The position numbers were made by a program, and so were the translations under genes. The notes under the pieces are model-generated. The model was given only the letters and a program-made list of their open reading frames with translations. It had not been told where the DNA came from and made no database searches. From Malacoraja senta (Eukaryota): a stretch of 64,000 bases of DNA. The stretch spans positions 9,054,001 to 9,118,000 of the forward strand of contig CM075996.1 in NCBI GenBank assembly GCA_038087875.1, given 5' to 3'. This document shows, one piece after another, positions 38,895 through 50,909 of the stretch. How positions within the stretch are numbered: the first letter of the stretch is position 1; every line of letters begins with the position of its first letter.

Positions 38895-41192
38895 CAGGGC
38901 TGCCAACATTGGGTGAGAGTTGAGAGTTGAGAGTGAGAAATTGTGAGGGAGTCCAGCAACCGAGGGGGGGGGGGGGGAGGGTGTGGGAGGGAGGGGGGAG
39001 GGTGTGGGTGGGGGGATGTCCCCCCTCCCACGGTTGGAAGCTTTTGCATTTTCAGCTTGAAATTGTGCAATCTGGTGCATACTGTAGCAAGTCTTTTAAC
39101 TTACACTTGAATGCAACATTTATGCTTCAAATTGGATTAGGTATGAATAAGGTTAGGCTAAATTACATTCCTAATTACATTCCACAGTAGAGCCAAGCTC
39201 TGATCAACAGGTGCAACACATGAATGATCTTATTATATTCATGTATGGAAATCAGTTTATAATTCATGCTGTTATGCATATATATAGAGAAACAAAAAAC
39301 ATAGAAACAAGGCAAGAGGAGTCGGACTTCCATCACTGTTCTGCACAAATAAATCAATCAACCTTACCCTTTGACTCTAGAAACAAGACGAAAATAATGC
39401 CACATATTCAACCGTATATGGTTCAATGAAATTAAGATATATATGTAAAACATATATATGGAAACAGGCCCTTCGGCCCACCAAGTCCACACTGACCAGC
39501 AATCTACCATACACCAGTTGTATCCTACACGCCAGGGACAATTTACAGAAGCCAATTAACCTACAAAGCTGCACTTCTTTCGGATGTGGGAGAAACCGGA
39601 ATATCCAGAGAAAGCCCATGTGGTCATAAGGGTGTATGTACAAATACTGTACAGACAGCACCCGTAGTCAGGATCAAATCTGGGTCTGTGGTGCTGCAAG
39701 GCAGCAACTCTACCGCTGTGCCACCCCATTAAATTATTTTTTCTGTAATATATTTATTATGGTGTCACGTTAATAAAGATGAACACATGATTCTGATTTC
39801 TGCCCTTAGTTGGATAACACACATTTCCAGTCATTGTGTTTTATGGCTGGTTTTCAACCTCTTCACTCTTCAACCTCTCGACCCGAAACATCACCCATTC
39901 TTTCTCTCCAGAGATGCTGCCTGTCCTGCTGAGTTACTCCAGCTTTTAGTGTCTATCTTCAGTTTAAACCACCATCTGCAGTTCCTTCCTACACTCTTTG
40001 TTAAGCGAAACAGGTCCTATTCTCATCATATTATTCTCCTCAACTAAGCCTCTTCGTCACCTCCGTTGCTGCAGAGAATACAATCCCAGTCATCAAATCT
40101 TTCTTCAACGTAAAAGAAAAATTCCAGCCCTGCCAACATCTTCATAAATCGCCCACGGATCCTCTCCAGAGCAATTGCACCCTTTCTACAATGTGTCATA
40201 GTCTTACAGCATGGAAACAGGCCCTTCATCCCAACTTGTCCATGCAGATCAACATGCCCCATCTAAACTAGTCCCATTAATCCGCATTTGGCCCATATCC
40301 CTTTTAACGTTGTGTGTGCCAGTGTGTGTGTAAGGGTGTGTGTAAGGGTGTATGTTTGGTTGTGTGTGAGAGTGTGTGTCAGTGAAGTGGTGACAACACC
40401 CGGAGTGAGCGGAGACTTGGCGATGTCCGGGAAGCATTTCCCTCTCTCCTCCCCTCCCCGGGAATGCGGGGCCGGCCCAGGTGCTCTGTTTTCAACTGGG
40501 GTCCGGGGGGGGTGAGGGTCAGTGACCCGGGGATCCGGGGGAGGTGAGGGTCAGTGCCCCGGGGGTCGGGCATCGGAGCGGAGCCTCAGCCCGAGATTCA
40601 TCCCCGCGGCTCCTGAGACGGCACCGACGCCCCCACTTACCCGGTCCGCTCCTGGCTCCGGGCCGGGGTGAAAACTCCCATGCGGTGTGGACAGAGCGGC
40701 CGCCGGACACAGAGCCGCCGGAGGTGAGGGTGGGAGGTGTGAGCGGTGCCTCAAGTGGGGGGGTTCGGTGCTGAGACCACCGCTGTGTCTCACCTATCAC
40801 ACCATCTGCACGGGAATGTGAATGCGGGTGAGGCAGCAACTATGGAGTGGTGGACAAAAATGCTGGAGAAATGCTTGAGTCTGAAGAAGGGTTAAACTCA
40901 GACATAGATGCTGCCTCACCCGTTGAGTTTCTCCCGCATTTTTGTCTACATTGCCATTTTAAATAGTGTGCGATGGGCTTAAGCCAATTAAGTTGCTCGT
41001 TCTTTAAGGGGAACCCGCCGACAGAAAATTATTCTCATTGGTGAGTGTGGAGGAGTGGGACTTAATTTATTTATGTATATTTAAAAAAACATATTTTTTT
41101 TGAGCGTGAGAAATTCTGTCATCAGCGTGAGAGCGTGAGAATTTCATGAAATGCGTGACTCTCACGCTCACTGCGTGAGAGTGGCAGCCCTG
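38895..41192. mobile_element. 2.3 kb non-autonomous hAT-like element with heterogeneous cargo
   Basis: TIR CAGGGCTGCCA / TGGCAGCCCTG, 6-bp duplication AGGTTT, subterminal (GCG)TGAGA repeats, and no transposase ORF. Confidence 0.8.
40395..40790. promoter_or_regulatory. CpG-rich island-like segment inside the hAT-like element
   Basis: Dense CpG, with a minus-strand donor CGG|GTAAGT after 40641 and an ATG at 40679-40681. Confidence 0.4.
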
Positions 41193-41944
41193 AGGTTTGG
41201 AGGTTAATTGACTTGGTAAATGTAAAGACTGTCCCTAGTGATGTGTGGGATAGTGTTGATATGCGGGGATCGCTGGTCGGTCCGGACCTGGTGGGCCGAA
41301 GGGTCTGTTCTGCGCTGTATCTTTAAACTAAACTAAACTGAAGCCCCTTAATCCAGAATAAACCGCCTCACCGCTACGTCCAAGGCATTCCCATCAGTCC
41401 AATAACGTGCCGGAAAGGAGATGTGGTGCGGCATCTACACTGCCTCACCAACACTCCCAGGACAGGAGGAGTTCCCTAGAGAGGGAACATGTGGAACACA
41501 CGAGGTAAGACTGGTGATGATGACGTTATTTTAAATTGATGACTGGTGTTTTGTGAACTGCCACATAGGCAGTTTTAATCGACTTACATTTTTTGTACAT
41601 TTGTTTTTGTTTCTGAATCAAAGTATTTGTATTACAAAAAAGGACAGGAGGAGTCTGTTGTGTCACACAGTTTATCTGAGTCTGAAATGTGTCCATTCAC
41701 TTCTATCACCTTGGACCTGACACACTTAGAGTCAAACAGCACAGAAACTGGGCCTTTACACCCCCCCTCCCTTCTCCTCCCCTCCCCTCCCCCTCCCCCA
41801 CTCCTTTCCTACCCCACCCCTCCCCTTTCCTCCCCTTTCCTCCCCCTCCCCACCCTCCCCTCCCCACCCCCCCCTCCCCCTCCCCCTCCCCTCCCCCCAC
41901 TCCCTGTCCCCTCCCCTTCCCCCTCCCCTCTCCTCCCCCAATTC

Positions 41945-42372
41945 GTTGACCGACTCGGCCGTGGCTGGGTGAATGATGAGTTGACCCGGGTGCCGGACTG
42001 CACACAAAAGCCCAGCCGGCAGGGCCAGCTGAGGAGTATTGGCCCAAAGTCCGGCACCCCATCCAACTCACGAAAGGATGATCGGCCATGGTGGTGTCGG
42101 CGGTAAGCGAAGGTCCGAAGGTCGGACAGCTGGCCGGGCTGCCGACCGACCGACGGGGCCACGGGCGAGGCGCTGCTGCTGCTGCTGCACTCCATGGGCT
42201 GCACTACGTCGGGACGGGTGAGGCGGGGGCCGGACGCGGCGCTCCGACCCGACAGTCCCTCGACCCGAGTTGTAGCAGTCAAATACGGGACAAGGGCGGT
42301 CCCGTACGGAACAAACCAATTTAGCCCAATATACGGGATGTCCCGGCTAATACGGGACAGTTGTCAACCCTA
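41945..42372. mobile_element. One end of a hAT-like element (CpG-rich, truncated)
   Basis: Terminus GTTGTCAACCCTA with repeated TACGGGA subterminal motifs. The opposite TIR was not found. Confidence 0.55.
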
Positions 42373-42739
42373 CTCCCTTGTTGCAGTGAGTATAAACTCA
42401 ATGGATAAAATCCCTCCTTCTTACTCCAGCCCCCACATTCCAGACGACATCTTGATTAAGATAGACACAATATGTTGGAGTACATTGCTCTTGAATTTTG
42501 TGTCTATCTTTGGTGTAAACCAGTATCCTAAACATCCCGGTGAATCTTTTCTGTATCTAATGGAGATACCATCACAACGTTTAAGAAACATTAGACAGGT
42601 ACATGGACAGGATACGTTTGGAGGATATGGGCCAAACGCGGGCGTGTAGATGGGGCATGTTGGTTGGCATGAGAAAGTTGGGCTGAAGAGCCTGTTTCTA
42701 CCCTGTCTGACTGATTCTATTACTAGCATTACCTTAGAG

Positions 42740-44180
42740 TCACAGTGTGGAAACAGGCCCTTCGGCCCAACTCACCCACAACGGCCAACAATGTCCCAGC
42801 TACCCTAGTCCCACTTGCCTGTGCTTGGTCCATAACCCTCCAAACCTGTCCTATCCATGTTACACAAAAATGCTGGAGAAACCCAGCGGGTGCAGCAGCA
42901 TCTATGGAGCGAAGGAGATAGGCAACGTTTCGGGCCGAAACCCTTCTTCAGACTGATAGGGGGTGGGGGGGAGGCAGGGAGACGAAAGGAAAAAGGAGGA
43001 GGAGGTGCCCGAGGGCTGAGGGCGAGGTAGGAAGGGGAGGAGACAGCAAGGGTTAACGGAATTGTGAGAATTCAATGTTCATGCCACCAGGATGCAGACT
43101 CCCCAAGCGGAATATGAGGTGCTGTTCCTCCAATTTCCGGTGTTGCTCACTCTGGCCGTGGAGGAGGCCCAGGACAGAGAGGTCGGATACGGAATGGGAG
43201 GGGGAGTTGAAGTGCTGAGCCACCGGGAGATCGGGTTGGTTATTGCGGACCGAGCGAGGTGTTCGGCGAAACGATCGCCGAGCCTACGCTTGGTCTCACC
43301 GATGTAGATCAGCTGGCATCTAGAGCAGCGGATGCAATAGATGAGGTTGGAGGAGGTGCAGGTGAACCTCTGTCGCACCTGGAACAACTGCTTGGGTCCT
43401 TGAATGGAGTCGAGGGTGGAGGTAAAGCGACAAGTGTAGCATCTCTTGCGGTTGCAAGGGAAAGTGCCCGGAGAAGGGGTGGAGCGGGAGGGAAGGGAAG
43501 AATTGACAAGGGAGTTACGGAGGGAGCGGTCTTTGTGGAAGGCAGACAGGGGGGGGAGATGGGAAGATGTGGCGAGTGGTGGGGTCACCGTGGAGGTGGT
43601 GAAACTGACGGAGGGACATATTTGTTGTATGTGCCGGCTAGTGGGGTGAAAGGTGAGGACCAGGGGGACTCTGCCCTTGTGGCGAGTGGGGGGATGGGGA
43701 GAGAGAGCAGTGTTGCGGGGTATGGCGGAGACCCTGGTGCAAGCCTCATCTATAGTGGGGAGGGGAACCCCCGTTCCCTGAAGAATGAGGACATTTGCGA
43801 TGCCCTGGTGTGGAACGCCTCATCCTGTCCCTATCCATGTACCTGTCCAACTATTTCTTAAACGATGGGATAATCCCAACCTCAACTACCTCCTCTGGCA
43901 GCTTGTTCCATACACCCACCACCCACTGTGTGAAAAAGTTACCCCTAGGATTCCTATTAAATCTTTTCCCCTTCACCTTGAACCTATGTCCTCTGGTCCT
44001 CGATTCCCCTACTCTGGGCAAGAGACTCTGTGCATCTACCCGATCTATTCCTCTCATGATTTTGTACACCTCTATAAGATCTCCCTCATCCTCCTACGCT
44101 CCATGGAATAGAGACCCAGGCTACTCAACCTCTCCCTATAGCTCACCCCCTCTAGTCCTGGCAACATCCTCGTAAATCTT
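42740..44180 (-). mobile_element. CR1 LINE 3' fragment interrupted by Penelope
   Basis: YKIMRGIDRVDAQSLLPRVGESRTRGHRFKV...WNKLPEEVV. The 3'UTR resumes at 42740-42860. Confidence 0.88.
42861..43822 (-). mobile_element. Penelope-like element, 5'-truncated, with GIY-YIG endonuclease
   Basis: PGTFPCNRKRCYTC...FTCTSSNLIYCIRCSRCQLIYIGETKRRLGDRFAEH. Flanked by the near-duplication cctgtc(c)ctatccatgt. Confidence 0.93.
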
Positions 44181-44371
44181 TGTGTTGAATATTTCTCGGT
44201 ATCATCTCAAAACGCGTGAAGGTGTATCGCAGTGGAGAAATAATTGCACTCCGTCTCACCATTCATCAATTAATTAATTCATCCTTTCCCCGGAAATTAT
44301 AACGTCTGCCCACATATTTAACCCCTTTATGCTCAGTCTGTGATGTAGTTCATCCAAAGCCAGTGTGCCTT

Positions 44372-44835
44372 CCCTCAGTTGCCGTGTGCAGAATATCTGT
44401 AGTACTTCTTCTGGGCAGTGGGCAGGTGCTATCGACCTGCACAGGAAGGTAGACGCTCCCGCCCCCACGAGTCTCGGGCAGATGGGGCTCGTCAGCCTGG
44501 GAAGGCGGTCCATCTAGGAGAGGGAAAACTCTGATTTTAAAACCTCCACTGCCTTGTGGCCATATCCAGTCATGGAAAAGGCTCCTGGAGTAAACCTCAA
44601 GAAAATCCAGAGTCGGAGCCCCTAAGGCAGTTCGTTGTTGTCTACAACCTCGCTCTGGCAGCTCCTGCGACGGCGCTGGTGCCAAACTGTAACGGCCCTG
44701 CTGTTCCTTTGGATCGACCAGTGACGTGGAGAGGGGGGACGTGCTGCATGGGCAACAGCCTGTCCTCCATATGACATCGCCCAGGCTTGCATCCGACAGG
44801 ATGCATCAGCCATGGTCAGTCATGACCGAGAGGGG
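44372..44835 (+). mobile_element. RTE-related non-autonomous element
   Basis: ggggctcgtcagcctgggaaggc.gtccatctaggagagggaaaactctgatttt aaacctcc is the type of motif seen in RTE-clade 5'UTRs. Recognised by eye. Confidence 0.55.
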
Positions 44836-46355
44836 GCTATTACTTCTCCTGGAGTCAGTCAAACTAGACCTGGCCAATGTGTTCTCAAAACATTGGGGGA
44901 TTTTTGCAACTAAGGCCAACATTTAACACGACAATGAACCAGTCGGAGGCTCTCTGTTTAATTTTGTGCCCAGACTCTCAACTTCCCTTTACCTGCATTT
45001 CTCACTCACCATTTGGACAATACATTGATCAATCTATCTTTGTTACCAACCAGAGGACTCCCGCAGCTTGCCCTTTCATGTAGAAACAAAGATGCTGCTT
45101 TATACCAAAGGTAGACACTAACTGCTAGTAGACAAAAATGCTGGAGAAACTCAGCGGGTGAGGCAGCATCTATGGAGCGAAGGAAATAGGTGACGTTTCG
45201 GGACCCGAAACGTCACCTATTCCTTCGCTCCATAGATGCTGCCTCACCCGCTGAGTTTCTCCAGTATTTTTGTCTACCTTCGATTTTTCCAGCATCTGCA
45301 GTTCTTCCTTAAACACTAAGTGCTGGAGTAACTCAGTGGGCCAGGCAGCATTTCTGGAGAAAGAGGATAGGTGACGTATCTGGGTCAGGACTGAAGAGTC
45401 AGAAGAAGGGTCCCGGGTGAAGAAGGGGTGAAGAAGGGTCCCAGCCTGAAACGTCACCTATCTTTTCCACAAGAGATGCTGCTTGGCTGTTTGTGGATCT
45501 CTTTAACGCGAGCTGACTTATCCTGGAGTAATGGTACCTATCACCTGACATAAACTTTGGTTAAGTCACATTTGGAGAATTGTATGCAGATTTCTGCTGC
45601 TATCCATGTTGTTTACTGGGGCGTGCAGCTCGAAGGGCCTGTCCACTTGGGCGACATTTGCGGGTCACGCAGGTGGCGAGCGAAGATTTTGTGAATCCCG
45701 AAATCCTGGGGCGCCGCCAGGATTTTACAAGAATCCCAACTATACCGATGGCTACTTTGAGCAGCATTGGGTTAGATGCAGTGAAAATCCTCCTTTTCAA
45801 TCGCCCACTAAGATGATCAGGCCAGGTTAAATGGGGAGAGGGCAGTGGAGTGGGAACAGTTGGATTACCCGCACAAACTCAATGTGGGCGCAACTGAGCG
45901 GCCTCCTCTGCTGTAACTCCTAAAGAGCAGAAAGTAGCCCAGTCAACGTGCAACAGTACAGCACAGGGAACAGGCCCTTCGGCCCACAATGTCCATGCTC
46001 GACATGATGCCAAGTTAAACTAATCTCCTCTGCCTGCATGCGATCCCTATCCCTCTATTCCCTGCATATCCATCTACCTCCACCACCATTGCTGACAGCG
46101 CGTTCCAGACACCTAGCACTCCGTGTAAAAAAACACTTGCCCCGAACATCTCCTTTAAACCTTCCCCTCCCCCTGTGACCTTAGAGCTGTGCCCTCCATG
46201 ACACTTCTACCCTGGAATAAAGGTTGTGATTCTATCCTATCTATGCCTCCCTTCATTCTATAAACCTCCAACAGGTCTCCTCGCAAAAACTCCGATGCTT
46301 CAGAGAAACCAATCCAAGTTTACCCAACCTCTAATGTAGCTAATACCCTCCAATC

Positions 46356-46609
46356 CAGGCCCTGTCATGGATGAACTGAGGCCCAGGCCCCCAAACCAAG
46401 ATCAAGTCGAGGCCCCTCGATTTTAGAGGCCCTCAAATCAAGTTCAAGTAGAGGCCCCTCGATTTTAGAGGCCCTCAAATCAAGATCAAGTAGAGGCCCC
46501 TCGATTTTAGAGGCCCTCAAATCAAGATCCCTTTAAGCAGACAGGCATGAGGCCCATGCCAAATGGCACTCGTTGGTCTGATAGGGCCTGATAGGTCTGA
46601 CAGGGCCTA
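46356..46609. mobile_element. hAT-like MITE containing a ~42-bp tandem repeat
   Basis: TIR CAGGCCCTGTCA / TGACAGGGCCTA and 8-9 bp TSD (c)ctccaatc. Three copies of CAAGATCAAGTAGAGGCCCCTCGATTTTAGAGGCCCTCAAAT. Inserted in an old CR1. Confidence 0.8.
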
Positions 46610-48139
46610 CCTCCAATCCAGGCAGCATTCTGGTAAAAAAACCTCTGCACCCTCTCCAAACTCACCGACCACACCCTTCTTGTAATTAGACGACCAGAAC
46701 TGTACTCAATACTCTAAATGTGGCCCAAACCAAGGTTTTAAACAGCTGCATGGTGCTGGAGTAACTCAGCAGGTCAGACAGTAGACGTTAGAGATACAGC
46801 GTGAACACAGGCCGTTCGGTCCACGCCGACCAGCGATCACCCCACACACCAGCACTGTCCGACACACTAGGGACAATTTCCAATTTACCGGAGCCAATTA
46901 ACCTACAAACCTATGTGTTGGAAGGGAACTGCAGATGCTGGTTTAAATCGAAGATAGACACTAAGTGCCGGAGTAACTCAGCGGGACAGGCAGCATGTCT
47001 GGAGGGAAGGAATGGGTGGCGTTTTGAGTCAAAATGCGAAGAAGGGTGTCGACCCCAAACATCACCCATTCCTTCTCTCCAGCCATGCTGCCTGTCCCGC
47101 TGAGTTACTCCGGTATTTAGTGTTTAATTTGCTAACCTATACGTCTTTGGGGTGTGGGAGAAAACCGGAGCACCGGGATAAAACCAGGCGGTCACAGGGA
47201 GAACGTGCAAACTCCACACAGACAGCACTCGTAGTCAGGATCGAGCCTGGTCTCTGGCGCTGTGTGGCAGTAACTCTACCGCTGCACCACCATGCCCCCC
47301 CCCCCCCCCCAAAATCTCTGGAGAATACGGATAGGTGACATTTCCGTTTGGGGTCCTTCTTCAGACTGCTCCAGACTGATGATAAACATGACATGGAAGA
47401 CCCCCAGAATAAGGTAGCCCAAGTTAAAATGTAGAACCCAAACACATCGACAGTGTGTCTGAGACACAGCCACCAGCGACATGCTGGAGTAACTCAGCGG
47501 GTGAGGCAGCATCTGTGGAGAGAAGGAATTGGCTGAAGAAGGGTCTCGACCCAAAACGTCGCCAATTCCTTCTCTCCATGGATGCTGCCTCGCCCGCTGA
47601 GTTACTCCAGCATTTTGTGTCTACCTTCGATTTTTACCAGCAACTGCAGTTCCTTCTTAAAACAGCCACCAGCGGAGTGTTTGCCCCACCTGGCCTGTCT
47701 GATTGCGGTGGACAAGAGGCGAGGGGTGTGTTTGTGGGCAGTCCCGTCGTCACCGGTGCAAACTCAGCGTGCCTGCTTGCGGCAGCCACCGAGCGACAGG
47801 TCAGGTCGTTAACCCCTGGATCCCCAGTCTCCTGCCCTGGTGCCGGGACGGAGTGGGTGAACCAGCCCTCCACTGTCTGCTGATTGTTTTGGGTGCGGGG
47901 CGGGGGGGAACGGGGTCGGCAGCAGACTCTGCATCAGCAGCGAGCGAAGATCCTCCTCCGCACAGGCCTCAGGCTGCCGGCGGCAAATGAAGGCAATCAG
48001 TAGCGTGAATCAGCGCCTAATTATTCCATCTGACATTCCCCAGTCCCTGTCTGTTGGAATGCGTGACTCATTCCCAACAGATCCCAGACTTCTCTCTGCA
48101 CCTGGGCCCCAACAGGAACAGCCGTTAGACAAACAGTCG

Positions 48140-48145
48140 TTTATT
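48140..48145 (-). terminator. Candidate polyadenylation signal AATAAA of PDGF-B-like gene
   Basis: tttatt on the + strand, immediately downstream (on the minus strand) of an AU-rich element cluster. Confidence 0.55.
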
Positions 48146-48429
48146 ATGCCTGATAGAAACTTTTACAACTTTAAATATATAAATAATTAGTTAACGTTTA
48201 ACATTAAAAAAAAACAGTTTGAGATTCAGTCTGTACAGCAGTAGTCTGGTGAGGTACACCCCTCACTCTCATTTAGCCTCAGACCCAGCTCCTCCACGGA
48301 TCTCAATGGAACAGTGATATCTCTGAATCGATCTCCAAGTCCTGCCCTCCTCCCCCCCCCTCCCCCCACTGTTTCATCTCCACCCAACCTTTACCTGCCC
48401 CATCTATAGCACCGAAGACAGACACAAGA

Positions 48430-48736
48430 TGGGCTGTCCCACTTTGGTGATTTTTGAGGCAACTATAGGCGACTAGTTTGTCCCCACATGTTCGCCGGCG
48501 GTCGGCGGGGAGTCGTCTCCTCAGTCACGCAACAAGCCGTAGCGTCTTTTTCTGGTCGAAGCTAAATGTTCAACATTTTCGGCGACGGTGGGTTTGACGC
48601 CAATGAGCGTAGCTTGACTTCTCCTGACGGTGGTGCTGTGGTAGGTAGTCGCCAGGATGACGTAGGTTGTCGCCGTTTTTTCGGCTACCTGCCGCGACTA
48701 TGACTATAAAAAAAATGGCCAAATGGGACAGGCCCA
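48430..48736. mobile_element. Harbinger-type MITE nested in a Penelope fragment inside the predicted 3'UTR
   Basis: TIR TGGGC(C)TGTCCCACTTTGG / CCAAATGGGACAGGCCCA. Confidence 0.75.
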
Positions 48737-50036
48737 TAACTCAGCGGGTCAAGGCAGCATCTCTGGAGAAAAGGAATAGGTGACGATTCGGGTCGAGACC
48801 CTTCTTCAGACTGGGACGTTTCGGGTCGAGACCCTTCATCTGTAGCACCAGTTGATCACCAGCCCACACTCCAGGCCCTGAACTGTGGCTATGTAAACAA
48901 GCAGGAGCAGGCTGCTGTCAGATGGAGGAGGATGTGGCAGGGTTCCAGGGAGTGGGATTGTTGGGTCCCCCTCACACCCTCGCCTCAGGGTGGCTTCAAT
49001 TCATCACCAGTCCCCCCCAGTCGGGCCTGCACCCAGCCCGTCTCTCAGGCTCCACCCGTTAAACTCTGACAAAAAGCCAGACTCCTGGAACCAAGCCCTG
49101 GGGCAGCCAGGTGTAGACACAAGGAACTGCAGATGCTGGTTTAAAAAAAAAAAAGACACAAAGTGCTGAAGTAACTCAGCGGGTCAGGCAGCATCTCTGG
49201 AGAACATGGATAGTGGTCTTTTCGGGTCGGGGCAACGAGGGAGGGTTTATTGCTGGAGCCATTCGATGTCAGAGGCGGGGGGCCGTGGGTCCATCTCTGC
49301 CTCAGGGGGAGCCTGACGGGCGACGTGATCCGTGCCCGGGTCGATGCCTGTGGGGAAGGGCCCTGAGCCGGGGATGAAGCCTGCCGTGCTGATGCATAGG
49401 ATGGAACTGCCAGGACACCCCCACCCCCCCCTCCCCTCCCATTCAAATGCTACACAGGCTGGCAAAGCCAGACCCCAGCAGTAGGCCGAGACTCCAGATG
49501 TCCTCTTCAATCCACGGACAGGGACAAACAATGAGACGTCATAACACATCAACAAAAAGAGAGCAAAATATACAGTGCAAAGAGCAGTGTCCCAACGCAG
49601 GTCCCAACAGACCCCTCCTCGTCTATAGACCTCACAGGCACAAAGCTGGACGGCTACAGTCTCTGCTCAACAAATCCAGTGGTCATTACTCGTGAGATAT
49701 TTGGTGAAAGTCATAGTTTGGTCTTTAGTGCACAGTGCTCCGGGATTTAGCCTTTCCATCGCGTCCACGGGGTCGCCAGAGGTCGTCAATAATTTCCCTG
49801 TTGGCTGTCAATGGGAGGTCCATCACAGATTACAGCATCACATCACACCGTTCCGGGGCTGCTCGGACAAAAGATACCTGGAAGCAGAGACGGGATACAG
49901 TGTACAGGATACGTGTCGAAGCAGCTGATCCAGACACCCACCACAATCCCGCTCCTCAATGGTCCACTCCCTCCCCATCTATCGCTGCCCCAGACCATTC
50001 CTTGGAGTCCTGGCCCACACCTCTCTCCCTTACCAC

Positions 50037-50909
50037 AATAGACAATAGGTGCAGGAGTAGGCCATTTGGCCCTTTGAGCCAGCACCGCCATTCAATGTGA
50101 TCATGGCTGATCATCCCCAATCAGTACCCCGTTCCTGCCTTCTCCCCATATCCCCTGACTCCGCTATTTTTAAGAGCCCTATCTAGCTCTCTTTTGAAAG
50201 TATCCAGAGAAACGGCCTCTGAGGCAGAGAATTCCACAGACTCATAACTCTCTGTGAGAAAAAGTGTTTCCTCGTCTCCGTTCCAAATGGCTTACCCCTT
50301 ATTCTTAAACTGTGGCCCCTGGTTCTGGACTCTCCCAACATTGGGAATATGTTTCCTGCCTCTAGCGTGTCCAAACCCTTAATAATTTTATATGTTTCAA
50401 TGAGATACCCTCTCATCCTTCTAAACTCCAGAGTGTACAAGCCCAGCTGCTCCATTCTCTCGGCACATGATAGTCCCGCCATCCTGGGAATTAACCTTGT
50501 AAACCTACGCTGCACTCCCTCAATAGCAAGAATGTCCTTCCTCTATTTAGGAGACCAAAACTGCACACAATACTCCAGGTGTGGTCTCGCTAGGGCCCTG
50601 TACAACTGCAGAAGGACCTCTTTCCTCCTGTACTCAACGCCTCTTGTTATAAAGGCCAACATGCCATTCGCTTTTTTCACTGCCTGCTGTACCTGCATGC
50701 TTACTTTCATTGACTGATGAACAAAGACCCCCAGATCCCATTGTACTTCCCCTTTTCCCAACTTGACACCATTTAGATAGTAATCTGCCTTCCTCTCTTT
50801 GCTACCAAATTGGATAACCTCACATTTATCCACATTGAACTGCATCTGCCATGCATCTGCCCATTCACCCAACCTGTCCAAGTCACCCTGCATTCTCATA
50901 GCATCCTCT
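50037..50909 (-). mobile_element. CR1 LINE, 5'-truncated, in the last PDGF-B intron
   Basis: QGDLDRLGEWADAWQMQFNVDKCEV...[11 protein letters not shown]...LWNSLPQ. Confidence 0.93.

Larger units (their letters stand above)
38715..41339 (+). mobile_element. V-SINE split in two (38715-38894 and 41193-41339) by a 2.3 kb DNA element
   Basis: The halves rejoin as ...aaagatgtacaggttt|ggaggttaattgacttggtaaa..., colinear with intact SINE copies. Confidence 0.85.
48120..49877 (-). other. PDGFB: Probable non-coding terminal exon / 3'UTR of PDGF-B-like gene
   Basis: Acceptor tctctgcttccag| before 49877. Largely non-repeat sequence ending in an AU-rich tract with two ATTTA (48172-48176, 48180-48184) and AATAAA (48140-48145). 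Mammalian PDGFB also has a non-coding last exon. Boundaries are inferred. Confidence 0.55.

Noticed and set aside
1..48000. CBX7, CBX6 or APOBEC-type genes expected downstream of PDGFB from amniote synteny
   Set aside because: No chromodomain or HxE...PCxxC deaminase exon was recognised by eye. Small exons could have been missed.
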